Below, in pieces: positions 1 to 13,174 of a stretch of 64,000 bases of DNA. The stretch comes from Balanoglossus misakiensis. Its lineage: Eukaryota > Animalia > Hemichordata. Position numbers and translations under genes: made by a program. The DNA lies in NCBI GenBank assembly GCA_040954595.2, contig CM082588.2, positions 8,230,844 through 8,294,843 of the forward strand, in the 5' to 3' direction. Under the pieces are notes generated by a model, which was not told where the DNA came from, did no database searches, and was given only the letters and a program-made list of their open reading frames with translations. Numbering within the stretch: position 1 is the first letter of the stretch; each line of letters begins with the position of its first letter.

Positions 1-125
1 GTCACAAAACGCCTACAAGTGTACTTGTTGGAAAGACTGAATATTGAATCTCTTAAACAAATGATCATTGATGGTATGCCTTTTTCATATAGAGGGCGCC
101 CTTCCAAGACGACACCAAAATGCTT

Positions 126-292
126 GATCTTGACTCTGACGATGTTCAACTCAATCACCTTACATGACACACCACTGAATGCTTGTTGCCATGGCACTGA
201 TGTTGCTAATTATTTTCCAACTGTTATTGCTCCGGCCAATCAGTAGTGTGTCACGTAAGGTGATTGAGTTGAACGACATCAGAGTCAAGATC
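126..292. mobile_element. Small inverted-repeat element (MITE-like) in MAP3K4 intron
   Basis: 126-178 (gatcttgactctgacgatgttcaactcaatcacc...) is the near-perfect reverse complement of 240-292; ~60 bp spacer. Confidence 0.6.
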
Positions 293-455
293 ATGTGGTG
301 ACCTCGTTGCCGAGGTATCACATTTGGAGTGCTATTGACATGCAAAATTGTAAAATCAATGATAGTAAACCTCGACTCCAGACTCTGTGTGAGTCAATCT
401 AAAACACACTGGGGTCTAGATTCCAGACTATCCATACACAAATAAGTCTACTTAC

Positions 456-3428
456 AACATAGGTAGATTCTGAGCGACTGTGTGGTTCACTCTCATCCAC
501 GGTTGAAAATAAAACTTTGGTCTCTCGACTTTGCACTTCATTTTGTGGGCACTGCAGAACTTGTTTTGCGCGCTGCAGAGTGCCGTCCAAAAGATCGCGC
601 AGTCTTTCCACCATCTTGCGCAGTCCCATCTGTTTGAGACTTTTATCCACAAAATGGCGGTAGATCCACGTGCCGAAGCCCCCCATGTCTCCAACACTGG
701 GTAGACTGTTACGGCTACTGTACGAACTTGTACTCTGGTTCTTCACGGGTGTGCTCGAATCAGAAGGCGTCTCGCTGAAAACCTCCTCAGTGTGACCTGG
801 TTTCTGCAGAGTTGGAATCGTGAAGACATCTTGTGCGTTTCCCTTTGTGGGATCGCAGTCCAGTCCGGGCCAGTTCAAATTTTCGATCTCGTCAACGCCC
901 AGCACTTTGGCCATGACCCGCAGCTTCTGGCTCATGTCGGTGGTGATGTTCAACCACAAGCACATCGTCTCCAGTCGGGTCTGAAATTCCACGCTTGCAT
1001 AGATCGGGTGTTCCTTCTTCAAGGCTCTGAGATTTGGATACAGTCTCTCCACAGCCTCCAGTTCGCTCAGCACTGAAGTGACGTGTAAGAGTGCTTGGCG
1101 TTGCCGGAAGATGTCCTCGGAGGTGATCAAACTAAAAGGAGTAAATGGTTTCCATGGAGGGAAGCAATCGTCTGTGATGGTGCTAATTGGTGACGTAGCG
1201 TCTCGCACACATGTATCATTGCTCAATTCAAGAGTTAAGTTTTCTCTCATGCTGTTGCTGGAACCAACAGTATGAACAGTGTGACCATTTACAGAACTGT
1301 TCAGTGCATCTGTGCTGTGTGGTTCTCTATCGTCATCCGTGGGCGTTACGTTCATAATCATATCACAAGAATGACAGTCACCTCTACTGGCTATTCCTGG
1401 TGTCGATGTCTGTGATATTGAAAGTGTTGGATGCGGCGACGGTGATGATGAAGACATAGCAGCATTTGTTGATGACCGCAATACTGATGTTGTCTGTAAA
1501 GCTGAGGCAGTTTGGGGCTGAGGTTTGACGGGAGTTGACGGAATACGAAAATGACTGATGTTTTCCAGGATTTGCGGGACATGCTTTCTCTTTTCCCACA
1601 GGTACATGTCCTGCTCTTCCATTGTCCTATTGGCCAGCCACGCCTTCAAGGCAAGCCACAGCAACTCCACCCAGCGAGCCTGGGCTACATCCTGCACCTG
1701 CTGTATGCTGACTTTGGCGTCGGGTTTCGGGGTGGTTTTCTTCTGACTTGTACTGCCGATGCTTATCAGCAAGGAGAAAGTTTTGTAGAAATCCACTCGA
1801 TCCTGCGGGCATTCCTCAACTTTTGGACTTGAGACCTGTCGTTTGGCGAGTGTCCGTTCGGCTTTGTCCGGGTGTTTTTCCGGTATGTAGTAATTCAGTG
1901 TTTTGAATCGATTCGGTGAATCAACACTGGACGATAGTATGGTATCGTAGTTCCACTGTGCATGTCCACCGACTGGAAAGTCTGATTCAGCAAACGTTGT
2001 GGCACTTTGTTTCACAGATCTTTGGTGAATTCTCTCTTTGCTGGATATCTTTTTGATCCTACCCGTTCCTTTCTTGTGATTTTGACTCAGTTTAACGTCA
2101 TCAGTCGCAGGTTCAGTGATTAGAATTTTGACGCCTGCCGGCTGGCCTCCTCCCTCGTCCTTTGCACTGTGTTTTCGCTGTTTTTTCGTCTCTGTGGAAT
2201 TCTCAAAGGTGAACTTGGGCAATTTTGTCGTGTATCTGGCTTTTGACGACCGTTTCTTCATTTCTCTGTGGCTGACTGGCGGAGTTGTTCCGTAGTCTGT
2301 GTAGTGACTTTCCATGTCGGGAGAATCATCTTCTTCTTCATCGCCATTTGGGTTTTCTTCATATTCTTTGTCAGAAGCCTCACTCTCCACAGGTTGCTCG
2401 TAACTGAAAGGGGACAACAGGACAAAATACTGTAAAATGGGACATTTTTGCGACAGGAAATTTTCGCTATATCACTATTGGCAACAATTAGTAATTTACG
2501 TGACGATTAATTTTCGTGTTCATTGCATTGTTATCTCCAAAATACATGATTATGCAACTGTTCAATTCAAAAGATGCCACTTTCTGATTGGGTGGTCATG
2601 TAGGCTGCACAGCAGCACTGTAGCTCTGGTTTTGCAGTCTAACATACTGGTATACCAAGGCAAAACCTCGAGCTACTGAACTGCAGCTAGCCCTACTACA
2701 GTAGTACTGTAGCTTTACGATTGCAGACATGTTTATTCAATAGAAACACCACTGCCAAAATCATTGCAGCCAGACCTACTCAGTGTTCGCTGTGTTGGTA
2801 CTGTACATGTATGGTGAGAATGCCCAGCTATCAGTATATCCACTGTGCTGCCTCGGAGCTGGGAGGCGTTGACAGTCATATAAGCTCTGCGTGGCAGGGC
2901 TGTGTGTAGCTCTGCGTGGCAGGGCTGTGTTGTTACGGAGGGCTCGCCGTAACAAGACAGCCCTGCCACACAGCGCTAGACATATCCCTACCACCCTGGG
3001 CTATCAGTATCAGTCATAGCGCACATTACAGCCACACGTTGTACTCGTCCTACGGCTACTACGCTACGAGTCACGATGCACTTGCTGCGGGTCTGTAGCC
3101 CTACCACTCCCCCGGCCGTATGTTGTTGAGACATACATGTCCAGCCGGGGAAGCGGTTGGATGTATGGTACAGTACTCGGTATGGTAGGGCTACGTACTC
3201 GCAACAGTACCAATACATGTGTAGTAGCCTAGGGTTGTATTGCGGAAGTATGTCATGTTGTGTATGCACGATCACGGTTACTAGAAGATACATGACCGCC
3301 CGATTGTAGCAGACTGTTATTTTCATGATATATGTATGCAAAGCTGCCCACCTGTCGTCCTGCATGATGCTTAAAGGATCGTAGTTGCTACAGACGCCGA
3401 ACTCGTCTGTCGCCGGATCTTCCGCCAT
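456..3428 (-). CDS. MAP3K4: Mitogen-activated protein kinase kinase kinase 4 (MEKK4), first two coding exons; gene continues beyond window start
   Basis: Exon 1 is 3428-3352 (ATG, MAEDPATDEFG..., donor AG|gtgggc, phase 2). Exon 2 is 2403-456 (acceptor cctttcag, donor GTT|gtaagt). The phases join in frame (S-YEQPVES). MEKK4 N-terminal motifs: DRVDFYKTFSLLI, ELLWLALKAW, RLETMCLWLNITTDM, IYRHFVDKSLKQMGLRKM. Confidence 0.9.
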
Positions 3429-3432
3429 CTTT
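3421..3432 (-). promoter_or_regulatory. YY1-type motif overlapping the MAP3K4 start codon
   Basis: Minus strand reads AAAGATGGCGGA, matching the YY1 consensus AAGATGGCGG that is common at housekeeping start codons. Confidence 0.45.
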
Positions 3433-5124
3433 CTTACATCTTTTTGACCTCGTATATAACACTATAAGATCAATATCTTGATAGTTGTTCTAAATTTGTT
3501 GATTTAGTTTGTGAAATAGACTTTATTACTATAATATTTAGCGCTCTCCTTTTTAATATACTGTTGATGCAAATATAACATTTACTGTGTTGGCAGAGGA
3601 CGATCTTACGAACGGGACAAAACTGGGTTCCTGAAAGAGGACGACATTTGCGCAGGCGTACTTATGCCCGTCGCAATGGGTAAACACGCACAGAAACTGA
3701 CTTCAAAATACTTTCCAGGGCAGCATTATACATGTATTAAAACACGGTGTGCCCGCGATTAAAAGTTACAACTTACATAGATGGTGTTAGAGACTGTTTG
3801 ATTTTAAGCAGTGGGATTGGAGAGGAAGAAGACGGCCGCGTTATTTTTGATTTCGGTGTTCAGCTAGTTTGAAACTTTACTTTTCTCTCCCCCTATTAAC
3901 TATGGGTGCCTGGGCCAGCTACACTGACAATTGTAGCCCTGATGGGTGATTTGATCGTACTGATGCACGATCAAACCAGCCCACCAAAGCTACAATTATT
4001 AAAGCTAGGGCCTAGGCGTATAGATATGCTCCATTGAAGCTCAGGGAGTCGTCATTATTTACGACGTGGGGGTCACTAAAATGGAAATTTGCACACAGGG
4101 GCGGGGTTCTCAAAAAGTAGTGTTTTCAGACTTATTACTATTAAAAATATGTTCACTTATATGACGGATATGCTGCACAGTGTTTTAATAATATAAGTGG
4201 GTGCGTCCTTTGATGTTATTACAGCGTCATTCATAGAAAACACATTTCTAAAGGTATGTCATTTATTTACAATGTAAAAGCTCACCCCATGTATTTAGTT
4301 TAACACAAAACGCTTTTGTTGTTATTGTTGAAAATTTAATTTAACATCCGGACTTAAATCCACTTATCAACAATGACAATGGTCATTACTCATATACAAT
4401 AGCTGTTGAGACTTAAACTAAAGACTGAACATTTCATCCAGCTATTCAGAGAAGAACAAGAAAGCGGAGTTCAAGTGCTACTTGGGAGAAAAATTCTGAG
4501 AAAAACGTAGCCAAAATGACAATTACTGGGGCTACAAAACTGAGAACAAAATGAGAATTTGCATTCATCCTGAAATTAGCAAACATAAAATATGACACCG
4601 CCGATGAGTTTGAAAAATGTGACCCTCCTCCCTCATTTCCCCCGACCCACCTCAATAAAAAATGAAAGCTCCCTTCAAGGTATACAGTCACCTCCAATTT
4701 ACATATGCCCATTTATGGCTGAAATGGCGTTTTGGGTGCGTTTTGGGTGTTCTAAACATGCCGGGTGATGCGTGTTGTCTGAATATCATTTTCAAGCACG
4801 TGCGTTGCCATTTTGCTACAAATAGACGCGTGTATGCTCTTTTTCATCGATTTCACAGAGTCCCCATCCAAACATTGAAAGATGAGCTTAAGTTTACCAA
4901 TGATATAAATTAAGTTAAATTTTATATTTCAACCAGAAAATGTTCGTAACAACAATTTAATTCTACTCTTCTATACAACCACGGTCACAGTGTGGAGTGA
5001 CCGTGATACAACCACCCAAATATCTATGCACCGTTATCTCACTGATAAGTTTATAGATTCTAGTTCAGTCTGTTACACAAACGCTAAACGTTGGTAACTG
5101 CAGATTTTGATGATAACGTTCACA

Positions 5125-5928
5125 CTATCCGGAGTGGTCACTCTCCAGTAAAATCTGCACTTGGCAGAAAGGCGCCAGAGATTTCCTCCGAATCCGATCT
5201 GGGATTTTCATTTCCCCTTCCTTCGACTCATCATTCTGGTCCACCATCTTGCCGTGGTAGAAGATGAACAGTTGGTCGATGAGACAGAAGGTGTTGTCCC
5301 GAACCATTTTCTCCAGAACGACGTACTCCGCTCCGCCGATGTCCATTCGGACGACGACAAAATCGCTGTGTTTTATATTCGCCTTCATCCATTTACTGAA
5401 ATCAATACTGGGAACCGTGATCAATTCATCAGCCTTGCTCTTCGGCGTTTCACCCTTTTTGCCTTTAGCGTAGTAACCGTGACCTTCACCGGCCTGAGAC
5501 AAGTGGACTCCGAGGTCATCCGTCCACACGGCTGTTTCAGATTGCAACTCAAAAGCATAGCGAGCCTGCAACTTCTTTAAACCTGCGGTGTATTTCGGAT
5601 CAGCTTCAAATGCATACACTCTCCAGTCTTCGGCGTCATACTCATACGGGAATTCGAGAACGGATGCACTCTGACTCTTCTCTCCAGTACCGGGGTCGTA
5701 AAAAGACTGCAGAGCCTGTCCATCATTCGCTCCAACATCGATGAAGACGAATGGTTTGGGTTTTTCCTTCGCCACGTCGTGCTTGGTCGACTTGGGTTGA
5801 GGAGAAGCATCACTTTTTCTGGTAATCTTAACATCATATCGAAAATAACAAACAAGTCCCGCAACAAATACAGCAAAGACGACTATTGAGCGGAACGCAT
5901 AGCCAATATATGTTGTTTTTCGTCCCAT
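5125..5928 (-). CDS. Type II membrane FkbM-family (Methyltransf_21-like) SAM-dependent methyltransferase, single coding exon, 267 aa
   Basis: ATG at 5928 (MGRKTT...). N-terminal TM segment SIVVFAVFVAGLVCYF, motif I VFIDVGANDG, VYAFEAD, and DFVVVRMDIGGAEY...CLIDQLFIFYH. Confidence 0.8.
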   Translation of the reverse strand: MGRKTTYIGYAFRSIVVFAVFVAGLVCYFRYDVKITRKSDASPQPKSTKHDVAKEKPKPFVFIDVGANDGQALQSFYDPGTGEKSQSASVLEFPYEYDAEDWRVYAFEADPKYTAGLKKLQARYAFELQSETAVWTDDLGVHLSQAGEGHGYYAKGKKGETPKSKADELITVPSIDFSKWMKANIKHSDFVVVRMDIGGAEYVVLEKMVRDNTFCLIDQLFIFYHGKMVDQNDESKEGEMKIPDRIRRKSLAPFCQVQILLESDHSG

Positions 5929-6960
5929 GGTTGCTATACACAGATATAAACCCAGCAATATATATATTATGTGCACATGTGTGCGATACCTCTTCGCTGT
6001 CGACGTCACAAAATGTCAGCGAACAAATCCACCGGGTTTGGCGACAGGTTGAAACAACAAAAAATTCAAATTCGCTGTTTACCTATATGATTCTGAAACG
6101 TTTTCACAAGGAGAGTGGACAGAATTAACAGGAGTCGCGCTTTCTGAAATACAGTTGCATGCAAAACATCCACCGTCCAAAATTACACGAAAAATACTGT
6201 CTCTCTCCTTCATAAATTTGCCCAAAATTCAAAGACCCTCCCCTCAATCACCCTCCCCCGGCGAACTACCCTCCCTCGTTAATGGCGCACATGCCCTTAC
6301 ACTATGCATAGACACCGACTGCGTTAACATTTTAGATGCATTTGCTTGGCATGATGCAACAGGTGTTGCCAAACCGAGATTTTATAGTAAATACAGTAAA
6401 ACGATTCGAACTATTTTTTATGGCCGTATATTTCATAACTTTAGGAAAGTATTTGTGACATAGCGAACGTTCCTAAAGGAAGGAATAACGCATTGTAACT
6501 ATTTTTGAGAGAAAATGTGAATAGCAGTGGGAGAAAATTATGATGACGTCGCAAGAGAATTATAGCCAGGGAAACTTTTATTCGATTCATAGGTGCAGTG
6601 TGTGTGTGCGCATGCGTGCGTTTGTTGCCCGCTGGTAGAAATCACCAAGGGATAGGCCTAATGGGATTGTGATTCTAGGTCGAGTAACCAGGGTTTCCTC
6701 AATTCTCTTTATATAGGTGAATATGTCATAAACGACAGCGTATCCAGTCGTTTTTTCTTGTTTTGAATGTATTGCTCTTATCGTCATCATTTTCTCAGCT
6801 CATTAAAAATATACAACTCATCTCCCGAGAGACAGGTCAAAAAGAAGCCAAAATAAGAAGGTACCTTCGCTGGATTTTCCCTTTTGTCTCCCCTTGACGT
6901 CATTTCCCCCTTGCGTTCTATGGCCGGTGTTTTTGAAATGTACCGGTGCCCCTCGGAATA

Positions 6961-7072
6961 CAATCTGATTAAAATCAGATGTAGGGAACGGCGACTTGGT
7001 TTTTTTAGTTTGAGGCGACAGCATAAAAAAAAAACAAGTCGCCGTTCCCTACATCTGATTTTAATAAGATTG
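6961..7072. mobile_element. MITE-like inverted repeat; related arms at ~7504-7545 and ~39812
   Basis: caatctgattaaaatcagatgtagggaacggcgacttg (6961-6998) is mirrored at 7035-7072. Confidence 0.6.
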
Positions 7073-8465
7073 CTCGGAATATGGTGTTTTTTTCACATTC
7101 CCCCTCACCCCAGGATATCATACGGTCAACCCTTGTGTACCGACAAGTTGTGGGGACCACTTTAACTCAAGCTATTCATCCAACTATCTCGCACCTTGGC
7201 ATCTAAAAGGTTGGCCGTTCACATTATCTAGTCACCTGGAAGCGTTCATAGGAGTTTAGTCTCAATGGTCAACAGGCGGATGTTCTAGAGACTCATTGTG
7301 ATGGAAATCAGGAAACTATTTGTCACCGATCCCAGTCTGTCTGGTCACACGCAGCAAGCTCTTGTTTACATGGAGACTCTGTGTGGCAGGGCTAGCCTGG
7401 TCTCCGTACCATGTGTGTTTTAGATGGATACTCACATACACCTTGTGTGTGGGTCTATCTAAAACACACTGGGTATGGAGACCAGGCGAGGCAGGGCTGG
7501 CGACAATCTGATTAAAATCAGATGTAGGGAACGGCGACGTGGTTTTTTGATGCTCCACGCCATAGCATCGCCGTAAGACAGACAGCCCTGCCACGCAGAG
7601 CAAGATCTTTGGCACATATAAAGACGGCATGTTCAAAGCTAATTAAGAATTTCAATTAAAGTAACTCATGAATCTTATTTTCTTTCCGTCTGCTCTGTAA
7701 AGCGACCCTCTAAAGACTGAAAGTAATTTACTCGACATGCAAATATGCATTTACTTGGTAAGTGATAATAAGGGCCAGGAGACAGATGTTTGTCAAGGGT
7801 CAGTCATTTGGAATGATGACGGATGTCTGGGGGAAATGTTACATGGTTTTTCAGAGCCGTTGACGGTGGAGAGAGCAAATTCTAATTTCGTCCTAGATTT
7901 TTCATACCTATTACTTTTTTTCTGATGACCTATCTTTATTGTTTTGATGCTATTAAGCATATTAATTTCAATAAATTTATGTAACCTTACATTTAAATGT
8001 TTCACCCCCTCCCCTTTAAAAAACTAGAGAATTCCTTAGATTGGGTTCGGTTGGATGCACACGAGCACAGTTCTGTTTTCAATGAAGCTATTCTTATATG
8101 TGGTGATATGAACACGGGTTAGCAGCATAAACAGCTTTATATCTTGACTGGGAGGTGGTATGCTGGAATAATTTGACAGATCAAGTTACATTGACTAGTG
8201 TGCGACTGGAATGTTGAAACTGTCTTAGAGGTCAGACGCAAAGACCTGCAGCTGGGTGATATAAGCTACACTACTTCACTGACACGACGCACTGTAAGCA
8301 CAGACAGTAGGAACAGATCGTGTAGCTGTTTGCATCTTAGTACAATCGCGCTCCGGGGTCTATGGTACAATCTACTATTTTAGTGCGACTTATTTCAATG
8401 CAGCGGGTTATGTAATTTGACATTACGGAGCTAGCGTATACCCTGTTCTACATCCAGGCGTCAAG

Positions 8466-9578
8466 ATGGCAGCACGATGGATTGGTGTCTTACTGTTGGC
8501 TTCTTCAGCCCTAGTTTTCGGGTCCGATCAGCGAAGCGACGGGGACGTCAAAATCCCCACCATGAAAGTACAAGAAGTCGTGGAGAACGGGGTTGCTGAT
8601 TTTTCTGGAGTGGTACCGAAACTTTTGAAGTCTTCTTGTGATTTGGCGTGCATGGAAGAGGAGATGAGACAGCTGGAGCGGAGTGGTTTGGTTGATGAGA
8701 TGTATTCCTTTGAAACCCTGCACGAAAATGGCAGCGTTGTTCTGACCAAGGTCAGTGTTGACATCTCAACCATTTCTACGGCGCAGCAGAGAAAATATCC
8801 CGAGGAAAAATCACGGCAGAAGCGAGAGGTTTACGGCTATGATACGCGTTTCCTACTGAGCAGTGAAGAGTACCTGTCGCAGTCTCCCTTCAACACGGTC
8901 GTGAAACTCTCCACCGGGTGTACTGGAACTTTAATCGGGCAGAAGTACGTCCTGACCGCGGCCCAGTGCGTGCATGATGGAGTTACTTACGTGAAAGGCG
9001 CAAAAGATCTGCGGGTCGGTTTTCGTCGTGAACGTGCAGAGGGTGGAGGTCCCCTAAATGATAATCTTGAAGAGAATTTCTACTGGATCCGGGCGATGGA
9101 AGTCAATGTACCGCAAGGTTGGAAGAAACGACAGGGACTGAACGTAGAAGCTGGTTACGATTATGCAGTTATCCGCCTAAAGCGATCCCACGACCGAGAA
9201 TTCATGAACATCGGCGTCAGCAAGCCCGACCTCATCTACCCCGGTCAACGACTTCACTTCTCGGCCTACGATGACGACAACTCGACCGAGCTGCTCTACC
9301 GTTTCTGTCCAGTGAGCAAGGACAACAAGGACCTGGTCTACCATTTCTGTGATTCCAAGCCCAGTGGCATCGGGGCTGGGGTTTACGTCAGATCATGGGA
9401 CATGGCGGCCGGCGACTTTGAGCGGGAAATAATTGGGGTCTTCAACGGCCACATGTGGTTGGACGACCCCGAAGACATGGGTGAATACAACGTGGCCGTC
9501 ATGATAACACCGCTGAAGTACGCCCAGATTTGCTTCTGGTTGGAAGGCGATTTTAGCAGCTGCAGTGGCCATATCTAA
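8466..9578 (+). CDS. Serine protease 23/35-like secreted protein, predicted catalytically inactive
   Basis: Signal peptide, furin site RQKR/EVYGYDTRF, PFNTVVKLSTGCTGTL, DYAVIRL, ITPLKYAQICFW. Single coding exon as in vertebrate PRSS23/35. Triad motifs read LTAAQC and CDSKPSGIGAG. Confidence 0.88.
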   Translation: MAARWIGVLLLASSALVFGSDQRSDGDVKIPTMKVQEVVENGVADFSGVVPKLLKSSCDLACMEEEMRQLERSGLVDEMYSFETLHENGSVVLTKVSVDISTISTAQQRKYPEEKSRQKREVYGYDTRFLLSSEEYLSQSPFNTVVKLSTGCTGTLIGQKYVLTAAQCVHDGVTYVKGAKDLRVGFRRERAEGGGPLNDNLEENFYWIRAMEVNVPQGWKKRQGLNVEAGYDYAVIRLKRSHDREFMNIGVSKPDLIYPGQRLHFSAYDDDNSTELLYRFCPVSKDNKDLVYHFCDSKPSGIGAGVYVRSWDMAAGDFEREIIGVFNGHMWLDDPEDMGEYNVAVMITPLKYAQICFWLEGDFSSCSGHI

Positions 9579-10069
9579 CCGTGACCTCTGCTGTTGTTCT
9601 AATCTACTAGCCGGAACAGAAAAGATGCCGTCGTGGAAAATTCCCCCAGAGACATTGACATTATCCCGTCAAATGTTTCGTTTTAATATAGTTTATGGAA
9701 GTTAGCATCCTCTTTATAAATTTGTCGTAGACTGTTTACTATTATCTCACGTTCCTTGTTCCGATCCAATAGCATTTGATAGTGCTTTACTAACTTTTCA
9801 CATCTCCCTGCATCGTTATTTGCTGGGAAAGTTTTTGAATTAAGTGTACCTAGGTAATACATGTACTTATTTTGTTACTGGTATTTAATTTTAACACGCA
9901 TAAACCTAACAACAAAACAACATTGTCGAAATGTAGGAATGGGTTTTCTTTAACGTGCATAGATGAGGAACGTGCATGGGTCAACACATTCAGGCGACGA
10001 TTTATGTCCACTTACGTCGAATTGGATCCATCAGAAAATATAGTAAGAAAACATGTCAGACAATAATGT

Positions 10070-10480
10070 ATGCCGTATTTTCTTCCAAACTGGATTAGGG
10101 CCTACTGCAATGTTTTACTGTATGGACTTCTTGAATTCTGTATCAATCTACTTTTAAAAATTTCAAATACTGCAGCCAGAATTACTATCCGTTCGAACAA
10201 ATCAAACCACGACATAACCAGTTCATATAGTCTCCATTGGTTACAGTCTGGTCCCTGTATACATTAAGGATCTGATCAAGCGCTATGATATAAGCCTAGT
10301 CGTTCACAGTGCTCTTGCTTATACCCAATAACACACTCAACAAAATATGTGATGGACGTTCTTTTTTCCGTTGTTGTGCCACAGCTTTGGAATTCTCTGC
10401 CATCTGACATTAAACAGGCTTCTTGTCTTGAAATCTTTTAACAAAAATATGAAGACATTCTTATTCGTCAAAACATATGA
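10070..10480 (+). mobile_element. Decayed 3' fragment of an L2/CR1-type LINE
   Basis: Frameshifted remnants NTAARI, LHWL and FSVVVPQLWNSLPSDIKQA, typical of the LINE ORF2 C-terminus; simple repeats follow at 10535-10605. Confidence 0.6.
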
Positions 10481-11454
10481 ACACTGACGTTAATTAACTT
10501 TCAATTGTTGTTTGAATCTGACGCTTTTAACTGTATTGATTGATTGATTGGTTGGTTGGTTGGTTGATTGATTGATCGATCGGTCGGTCGTTCTGTCGGT
10601 CGGTTGACCGATGTTTGCGCATTTATGAGAACTTTTGACTTGACATTTGAATGGGACTTGAGACATCGGGTTTATAATGACTTAATACCAATTAAATCGG
10701 ACACAAGGCCAAATTTGTGTTTACTGGCAGAACATACCTTTGTGCCTTCATCTGCAATTCTAACGTTCTATGCAAATCATTGCATTCAACACCTCTCATA
10801 AGAAAGGCCAGTCTTTTGTATCGAAGCAGTTAAAAAGCTTCGAACTCACCAGGAATGAAATAACAGAGACGTGCAGCATTTAGGTTGAATCGTTTGTCAC
10901 ATTGCGTGTCGTTTTATTCTGTACCGCAGCAACAATACGAGCCTCCAAGAATATTTGTCAAGTCTGGCAATACGATTCTCAATCTGAAATAATCAGGTAT
11001 TCTATTGACTGAGAATGACAGGAAATAGAGTTCCACCCCCCCCCCCCCCACCATTCATTCATACGTCACTGGTTTGGGACACAGGCAGCAGAAGAGACTG
11101 TGTTTCTGCGAGAGATGTTGGACAGCATGTCAAAAGAAGCAGTTCCCCAGTGAAGAACCCCAAACATAGACCGAGGAATAAGGTCAAAGTTCGTGAACCT
11201 TGACCTCATACATCAGTCTATAAATAAGGGTGAATGTGCGATGCCCTTTGGGGTATTGCCAAATGGAAAACACGCGCAATTTTGTGCATTGGGTGCATCC
11301 GCCAGTGGTATTGACACCTATGTTTCTTCCGAAGAATTTATAGAGACCTCTCTTTTCCAGGACATTTCAACAAAAAGAGTCCCTTATTTTTAGAAATTTA
11401 GGACAAAATTAGAGCAAAAATACAAACCCCAATTTACAAAATATGAGACAGATA

Positions 11455-11721
11455 CGCCGCAAGGGAAAAGGGCCCTTATGCAAGTGTACGTCATTTTTAG
11501 TAATTTGCATTTGAATAGGTGACAAAAACACTCAGTGAATTTTATTTGTGGGCTGAGGTGAAAGGTCATATGTCACATTCAATGGGCCACAAATGCCATT
11601 TCCAGGTGTAAGTTCATAGTGAGCGGAACACATATGAAAAGAGGAGCACAGGTACTATCAAAAAATGACAAAAAATAAAAATCGAAAAATCCATGCATAA
11701 GGGCCCTTTTCCCTTGCGGCG
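11455..11721. mobile_element. MITE with 28-bp terminal inverted repeats
   Basis: cgccgcaagggaaaagggcccttatgca at the left end and its reverse complement at the right end. Confidence 0.65.
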
Positions 11722-12113
11722 GCCCAGGGGGTCTGTCTCTGTACACTACAGATAAGTCCAACGAGACCTCATCAGCGTTTTAAATTCCCGGTTTGAAACA
11801 GTTTCTGCATAAAAGGCGAATCAAGCTTTACTTTTGTGAGTTTACAATGACTGATAAATATTCTGACCCATCTTTCATCCTGCCAGTTTTGTTTTGTGTT
11901 GAAAATATACCCGTTTTCTCGGCGATTCTTCGCGAATTTGTAACACGCATGCGTACCAACTTTTCCACTTATACGCATGCGTACCAACTTTTCCACTTCT
12001 AGAAAACAGCAAGTTTAGAACTTTCAGTTTGTTTCTGGTCTTTCCATCAGCCACAACAAAACCGAAGCAATGTGACTGGGCAGGTGGCGAAATAGAAAGT
12101 AGTTGGGAAAAAA

Positions 12114-12323
12114 TCACCCATTGTGATTGTAGGTATTCATTTTCCTTGAACAGACAAAATGGTCTACATGAATAATGTTAGTTCCCCAATTCAGTACATG
12201 AACTTCCTTATAAATCTGTGGAAGTTGGGTTGGGAAGTTGGTAAAGTCATAGAGGCCTATCCCGGTGCTAGTGCTTGGCTGGCTGTCGAGCCAGTCAGAG
12301 AAGTCAACATTCATATTAGGCAT
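12114..12323 (-). pseudogene. Truncated paralogue of the orphan WLDSQPSTS protein
   Basis: MPNMNVDFSDWLDSQPSTSTGIGLYDFTNFP matches the N-terminus of 13175-13615, then similarity is lost. Confidence 0.55.
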
Positions 12324-12429
12324 GCACGCCAGGTACTTTTAGGCACAGAATAATTATAAAAAACAACAACAACACTAATCATTGTGAAGTCGTATGCTTG
12401 GGGTGTTTGCTGTATGTTGCGCTGACATT

Positions 12430-12750
12430 CTTGCAAGACGAAAGAAGTCTCCACAAGCCACTATGTCTTCCAAGTTCTTCTTGTCTTCTCTCCTTTTCCC
12501 TTTGCTTTTCCCGTTTTCTGTCATCGATTGTCCCATTCGTCCGAACGCACAACAGAGGTCTCACTCCTCTCCGTAAAACACACACCGGAATCACGATTTT
12601 CAGAACCGTCTGAATCGCTTTCTGAGTCATACTTTCAAAACGGAGGAAAAACATGGTCGTTCGGAAAGGCGAAGTTTCCACCAGCACCTGTGCTGGGGGT
12701 TGGCTGTCCGGCCACTTAATGTATAGTAGTCGATATTGGTTGAAATGCCA
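12430..12750 (-). pseudogene. Frameshifted paralogue of the orphan WLDSQPSTS protein
   Basis: Pieces in three frames: MVSGISTNIDYY / KWPDSQP / STGAGGNFAFPNDHVFPPF*KYDSESDSDGSENRDSG...GKAKGKG, with in-frame stops. Confidence 0.6.
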
Positions 12751-13174
12751 GACACCATCAGGGCCAAAACGATTTTGAAAAAAAAATACACAAATCATGT
12801 TGCAGTCTTATGTTTAGAAACAGGTATGTAAGGTTTGCGAACGTTTGTTAATTGAGAAGGGTATTGAGAAGAAATCTGACTGAGTACAAAAACTTTAAGG
12901 ACCGGTATTCTCTATATAATTTTGCGGACATGCGTGTTATCCACGTTCACGGAGAACAGGACAGGGTCGTGATGAGAGGGGACTGCAGTTTGAGGGATTG
13001 TCATAATTCAGTGCCAACCATTTGCATAAAGTTTACCTCAATAAAACACATTCCAATAAAAATTGCACAACAACAAGGCTATGTACTTTTTGATTTTTTT
13101 TATTAAAGAGAGAAATGGGTATATATAAGTATGTACAAAGGCAGCGGTCTGGTCAAGTGAACTCTTCCAGAGAC

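Noticed and set aside
2988-3351. Remainder of the 146-aa ORF starting at 3428
   Set aside because: Read-through into MAP3K4 intron 1; the donor at 3351 joins exon 2 in frame.
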